Translations under genes and position numbers: made by a program
In this document: positions 16,105-19,722 of the stretch, piece by piece
How the letters are laid out: the number at the start of each line of letters is the position of its first letter
Numbering within the stretch: the stretch's first letter is position 1
DNA from: a virus
Taxonomy: Duplodnaviria; Heunggongvirae; Uroviricota; Caudoviricetes
Virus record (IMG/VR): IMGVR_UViG_2623620491_000017
DNA: 19,722 bases
Reading direction: 5' to 3' (one strand)
The notes under the pieces: model-generated
Seen by the model: the letters and a program-made list of their open reading frames with translations, nothing else
The model's database searches: none
What the model was told of the DNA's origin: nothing

Positions 16105-16740
16105 ATGAACACTCTCGCAAATATTCAGGAACTCGCGCGCGCACTGCGCAACATGATCCGCACCGGCATTATCGTCGAAACCGACCTTAACGCCGGTCGC
16201 TGCCGTGTGCAGACCGGCGGCATGTGCACCGACTGGCTTCAGTGGCTGACCCATCGCGCCGGAAGTTCGCGCACATGGTGGGCACCTTCCGTGGGGGAGC
16301 AGGTGCTGATTCTGGCCGTGGGCGGTGAACTCGACACGGCGTTCGTTCTGCCGGGGATTTATTCCGGCGATAACCCCGCGCCGTCTGCGTCGGCGGATGC
16401 CCTGCATATCCGTTTCCCTGACGGGGCGGTGATTGAGTATGAACCCGAAACCAGTGCACTTACGGTAAGCGGAATTAAAACGGCCAGCGTGACGGCTTCT
16501 GATTCTGTTACTGCCACGGTGCCGGTGGTCATGGTGAAAGCATCAACCCGCATCACCCTGGACACACCGGAGGTGGTCTGCACCAACAGGCTGATTACCG
16601 GCACGCTGGAAGTGCAGAAGGGCGGGACGATGCGCGGCAATATTAAACACACCGGCGGTGAACTCTCATCAAACGGTAAGGTACTGCATACCCATAAACA
16701 CCCCGGCGACAGCGGCGGCACAACCGGGAGTCCTCTATGA
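16105..16740 (+). CDS. V: Baseplate spike / assembly protein (gpV-like), 211 aa
   Basis: Position and size match P2 gpV. Confidence 0.82.
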   Translation: MNTLANIQELARALRNMIRTGIIVETDLNAGRCRVQTGGMCTDWLQWLTHRAGSSRTWWAPSVGEQVLILAVGGELDTAFVLPGIYSGDNPAPSASADALHIRFPDGAVIEYEPETSALTVSGIKTASVTASDSVTATVPVVMVKASTRITLDTPEVVCTNRLITGTLEVQKGGTMRGNIKHTGGELSSNGKVLHTHKHPGDSGGTTGSPL

Positions 16741-17084
16741 CAGCGCGTTATCTCGGAATGAATCGCAGTGATGGCCTGACTGTCACTGACCTTGAGCATA
16801 TCAGCCAGAGTATCGGCGATATCCTGCGCACACCGGTCGGCTCACGGGTGATGCGTCGTGATTACGGCTCCTTGCTGGCGTCAATGATTGACCAGCCGCA
16901 GACCCCGGCGCTTGAGTTGCAGATTAAGGTCGCCTGTTACATGGCAGTGCTGAAATGGGAACCCCGTGTCACCCTGTCATCCGTCACCACGACGCGCAGC
17001 TTTGACGGGCGAATGACGGTCACGTTAACCGGTCAGCACAACGACACCGGCCAGCCACTTTCGTTAACCATCCCTGTGAGTTGA
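16737..17084 (+). CDS. W: Baseplate wedge protein (gpW-like, T4 gp25 family), 115 aa
   Basis: Position and size; translationally coupled to V. Confidence 0.82.
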   Translation: MTARYLGMNRSDGLTVTDLEHISQSIGDILRTPVGSRVMRRDYGSLLASMIDQPQTPALELQIKVACYMAVLKWEPRVTLSSVTTTRSFDGRMTVTLTGQHNDTGQPLSLTIPVS

Positions 17085-17088
17085 AACC

Positions 17089-17997
17089 ATGCCGATTATC
17101 GACCTGAACCAGCTACCTGCACCGGATGTGGTCGAGGAGCTGGACTTTGAAACCATTCTTGCCGAACGCAAGGCGACACTGATTTCCCTTTACCCGGAAG
17201 ACCAGCAGGAGGCGGTCGCCCGTACCCTGACGCTGGAATCTGAGCCTCTCGTCAAACTGCTGGAGGAAAATGCTTATCGTGAGCTTATCTGGCGTCAGCG
17301 TGTGAATGAGGCCGCACGGGCGGTAATGCTGGCCTGTGCCGCCGGTAATGACCTTGATGTGATTGGTGCCAATTACAACACCACGCGCCTGATTATCACC
17401 CCGGCAGATGATTCGACTATCCCGCCGACACCGGCAGTGATGGAATCTGACACCGATTATCGTCTGCGTATTCAGCAGGCGTTTGAAGGTTTAAGCGTCG
17501 CCGGGTCAGTGGGAGCCTATCAGTATCATGGTCGCAGTGCCGACGGGCGTGTCGCGGATATTTCTGTAACCAGTCCGTCTCCGGCCTGCGTCACCATCTC
17601 TGTGCTGTCACGTGAAAATAACGGCGTCGCATCCGAAGACCTGCTGGCCGTGGTGCGTAACGCCCTTAATGGCGAGGACGTCAGGCCGGTGGCCGACCGC
17701 GTGACCGTGCAGTCTGCCGCCATCGTTGAATACCAGATAAACGCCACGCTGTATCTTTACCCTGGTCCCGAAAGCGAACCCATTCGCGCCGCCGCCGTGA
17801 AAAAGCTGGAAGCGTACATCACGGCACAGCACCGGCTGGGGCGCGACATCCGTCTGTCTGCCATTTATGCCGCTTTGCATGTGGAAGGCGTGCAGCGTGT
17901 CGAACTGGCTGCACCGCTGGCCGATATCGTGCTTAACAGCACGCAGGCGTCTTTCTGCACCGAATACCGCGTCGTGACCGGAGGCTCGGATGAGTGA
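17089..17997 (+). CDS. J: Baseplate protein (gpJ-like), 302 aa
   Basis: Position and size match P2 gpJ. Confidence 0.82.
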   Translation: MPIIDLNQLPAPDVVEELDFETILAERKATLISLYPEDQQEAVARTLTLESEPLVKLLEENAYRELIWRQRVNEAARAVMLACAAGNDLDVIGANYNTTRLIITPADDSTIPPTPAVMESDTDYRLRIQQAFEGLSVAGSVGAYQYHGRSADGRVADISVTSPSPACVTISVLSRENNGVASEDLLAVVRNALNGEDVRPVADRVTVQSAAIVEYQINATLYLYPGPESEPIRAAAVKKLEAYITAQHRLGRDIRLSAIYAALHVEGVQRVELAAPLADIVLNSTQASFCTEYRVVTGGSDE

Positions 17998-18601
17998 TTC
18001 GCGCCTGCTGCCGACCGGCTCATCACCGCTTGAAGTCGCCGCCGCAAAAGCCTGTGCGGAAATTGAAAAAACGCCGGTCAGTATTCGTGAACTGTGGAAC
18101 CCGGACACCTGCCCGGCAAATCTGCTGCCGTGGCTGGCGTGGTCATTTTCGGTTGACCGCTGGGATGATAAGTGGCCGGAAGCGACAAAACGCGCTGTTA
18201 TCCGCGATGCGTATTTCATTCACTGCCATAAGGGCACTATTGGTGCGATTCGCCGTGTGGTGGAGCCGCTCGGCTATCTGATTGAGGTGAGGGAGTGGTG
18301 GCAGCTCAACGAGGAACCGGGGACGTTCCGTATCGTTGTTGGCGTGCTTGAGCAGGGTATTACCGAAGAAATGTATCAGGAGCTGGAGCGCCTCGTTGCT
18401 GATGCAAAACCGGCAAGCCGCCATCTGACGGGACTGGCTATCAGTTTAAGTACAACCGGCAACATTTTTGCCGGTGCGGGATGCTATCACGGTGACGCCC
18501 TGACGGTTTATCCCTACACCCCGGAGGCCATTATTGTCGGAGGGGATTATTTCCCGGCCTCGGCCATTCATTTAATTGATAACCTGAGAGTAAACGCATG
18601 A
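17990..18601 (+). CDS. I: Baseplate / tail fiber attachment protein (gpI-like), 203 aa
   Basis: GGAGG 5 nt before ATG 17990; stop overlaps the H start. Confidence 0.78.
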   Translation: MSDSRLLPTGSSPLEVAAAKACAEIEKTPVSIRELWNPDTCPANLLPWLAWSFSVDRWDDKWPEATKRAVIRDAYFIHCHKGTIGAIRRVVEPLGYLIEVREWWQLNEEPGTFRIVVGVLEQGITEEMYQELERLVADAKPASRHLTGLAISLSTTGNIFAGAGCYHGDALTVYPYTPEAIIVGGDYFPASAIHLIDNLRVNA

Positions 18602-19722
18602 CAGTGAAATACTACGCCATTCTGACTAATCAGGGCGCAGCACGGCTGGCTAACGCGACGATGCTCGGCAGTAAGCTGAATCTGACGCAAATGGCCGTTG
18701 GTGATGCGAATGGTGTCTTGCCGACACCAGACCCGGCACAGACAAAACTGATTAACCAGAAACGCATCGCGCCGCTGAATCTTCTGAGTGTTGACCCGAA
18801 CAACCAGAGCCAGATTATTGCGGAGCAAATCATCCCTGAGAACGAGGGCGGATTCTGGATCCGTGAGATTGGGCTTTATGATGATGAAGGCGTACTCATT
18901 GCGGTGGCGAACTGCCCGGAAACGTACAAACCGCAGTTGCAGGAAGGCAGTGGTCGTACCCAGACTATCCGCATGATTCTGGTTGTCACGAATACCGAAG
19001 CTATTACGCTGAAAATCGACCCGTCGGTGGTACTGGCGACCCGTAAATATGTGGATGATGAAGTCCTGGAATTAAGGCTGTATGTGGATGACCAGATGAG
19101 CAAACACATTGCCGCACAGGACCCTCATACCCAGTATGCACAGAAACATAATCCGACATTTACCGGAGAACCAAAAGCGCCGACGCCTGCCGAAGGAAAT
19201 AACACCACGCGGATTGCGACCACTGCGTTTGTTCAGGCCGCTATTACCGCTCTGATTAACGGTGCGCCAGCCACGCTGGACACACTGAAAGAAATTGCCG
19301 CAGCCATTAACAATGACCCGAAATTCAGCACCACCATTAACAATGCGCTGGCACTAAAAGCACCGTTGTCGAGTCCGGCACTCACCGGAACGCCAACAGC
19401 CCCCACGGCGGCGCAGTCGGTCAACAATACACAGATTGCCACTACGGCTTTTGTGAAATCGGCGATTGCAGGAATGGTGGGTTCTGCACCTGCTGCACTG
19501 GATACACTGAACGAACTGGCGGCGGCACTGGGGAATGATCCGAACTTTGCCACGACAATGCTTAATGCGCTGGCAGGTAAACAACCGCTGGACAATACGC
19601 TTACCAATTTGAGTGGAAAGGATGTAGCTGGTCTTCTCACATACCTTGGTTTGGGAGAAGCCAGATATGTCATTCAGCGAGGAGCTAATGTCAATGGTGC
19701 ATGGATACGCTGGTCAGATGGT
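18598..19722 (+). CDS. H: Tail fiber protein (gpH-like), N-terminal 375 codons; truncated by the window end
   Basis: Open frame from ATG 18598 to the window edge; position after I; contains an internally repeated fibre motif. Confidence 0.82.
   Translation, partial: MTVKYYAILTNQGAARLANATMLGSKLNLTQMAVGDANGVLPTPDPAQTKLINQKRIAPLNLLSVDPNNQSQIIAEQIIPENEGGFWIREIGLYDDEGVLIAVANCPETYKPQLQEGSGRTQTIRMILVVTNTEAITLKIDPSVVLATRKYVDDEVLELRLYVDDQMSKHIAAQDPHTQYAQKHNPTFTGEPKAPTPAEGNNTTRIATTAFVQAAITALINGAPATLDTLKEIAAAINNDPKFSTTINNALALKAPLSSPALTGTPTAPTAAQSVNNTQIATTAFVKSAIAGMVGSAPAALDTLNELAAALGNDPNFATTMLNALAGKQPLDNTLTNLSGKDVAGLLTYLGLGEARYVIQRGANVNGAWIRWSDG

Noticed and set aside
10197-18219. Antisense or alternative-frame ORFs within the late operon (for example 10197-10655, 11975-12574, 12866-13276, 14198-14632, 15883-16407, 16359-16799, 17608-18219)
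   Set aside because: Same reasoning: embedded in conserved structural genes, no translation signals, compositionally biased. Only the lysC frame is accepted, because it has an SD and a lipoprotein-like N-terminus.
1-19722. CRISPR arrays, tRNA or rRNA genes, and insertion sequences
   Set aside because: No regularly spaced repeats, cloverleaf-like segments or transposase-sized ORFs were seen; all large ORFs are accounted for by phage functions.

Overview
The window is almost entirely a P2-like temperate myovirus prophage in integrated (cos-internal) gene order. Calls rest on ORF sizes, P2 synteny as I recall it, and motifs read directly from the translations; no homology search could be run. 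Leftward int and C repressor are followed by the rightward early operon (cox, small ORF, B, four small ORFs including a TraR/DksA-type zinc finger, and A, a HUH rolling-circle initiator). Then comes a short AT-rich segment (5776 to about 6660), the cos site (GGCGAGGCGGGGAAAGCAC, 6670-6688), and the late genes: Q and P leftward; O N M L X Y K lysA lysB lysC R S V W J I H rightward, with H cut by the window end. No rRNA, tRNA or CRISPR array is evident. The only segment not explained by canonical phage functions is the slot between A and cos, where P2 carries tin/old and P2-like phages carry variable anti-phage cargo. Here it holds a miniature module: a 37-codon ORF with a GGAGG Shine-Dalgarno encoding a hydrophobic peptide (minus strand, 6078-6191); a bidirectional intrinsic terminator shared with the early operon (6036-6065); a perfect 15-bp direct repeat, one copy before that terminator and one upstream of the peptide gene; and two larger inverted repeats. 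This is the most likely location of an undescribed system (type I toxin-antitoxin-like or small-membrane-peptide exclusion module), but that is inference from architecture only.
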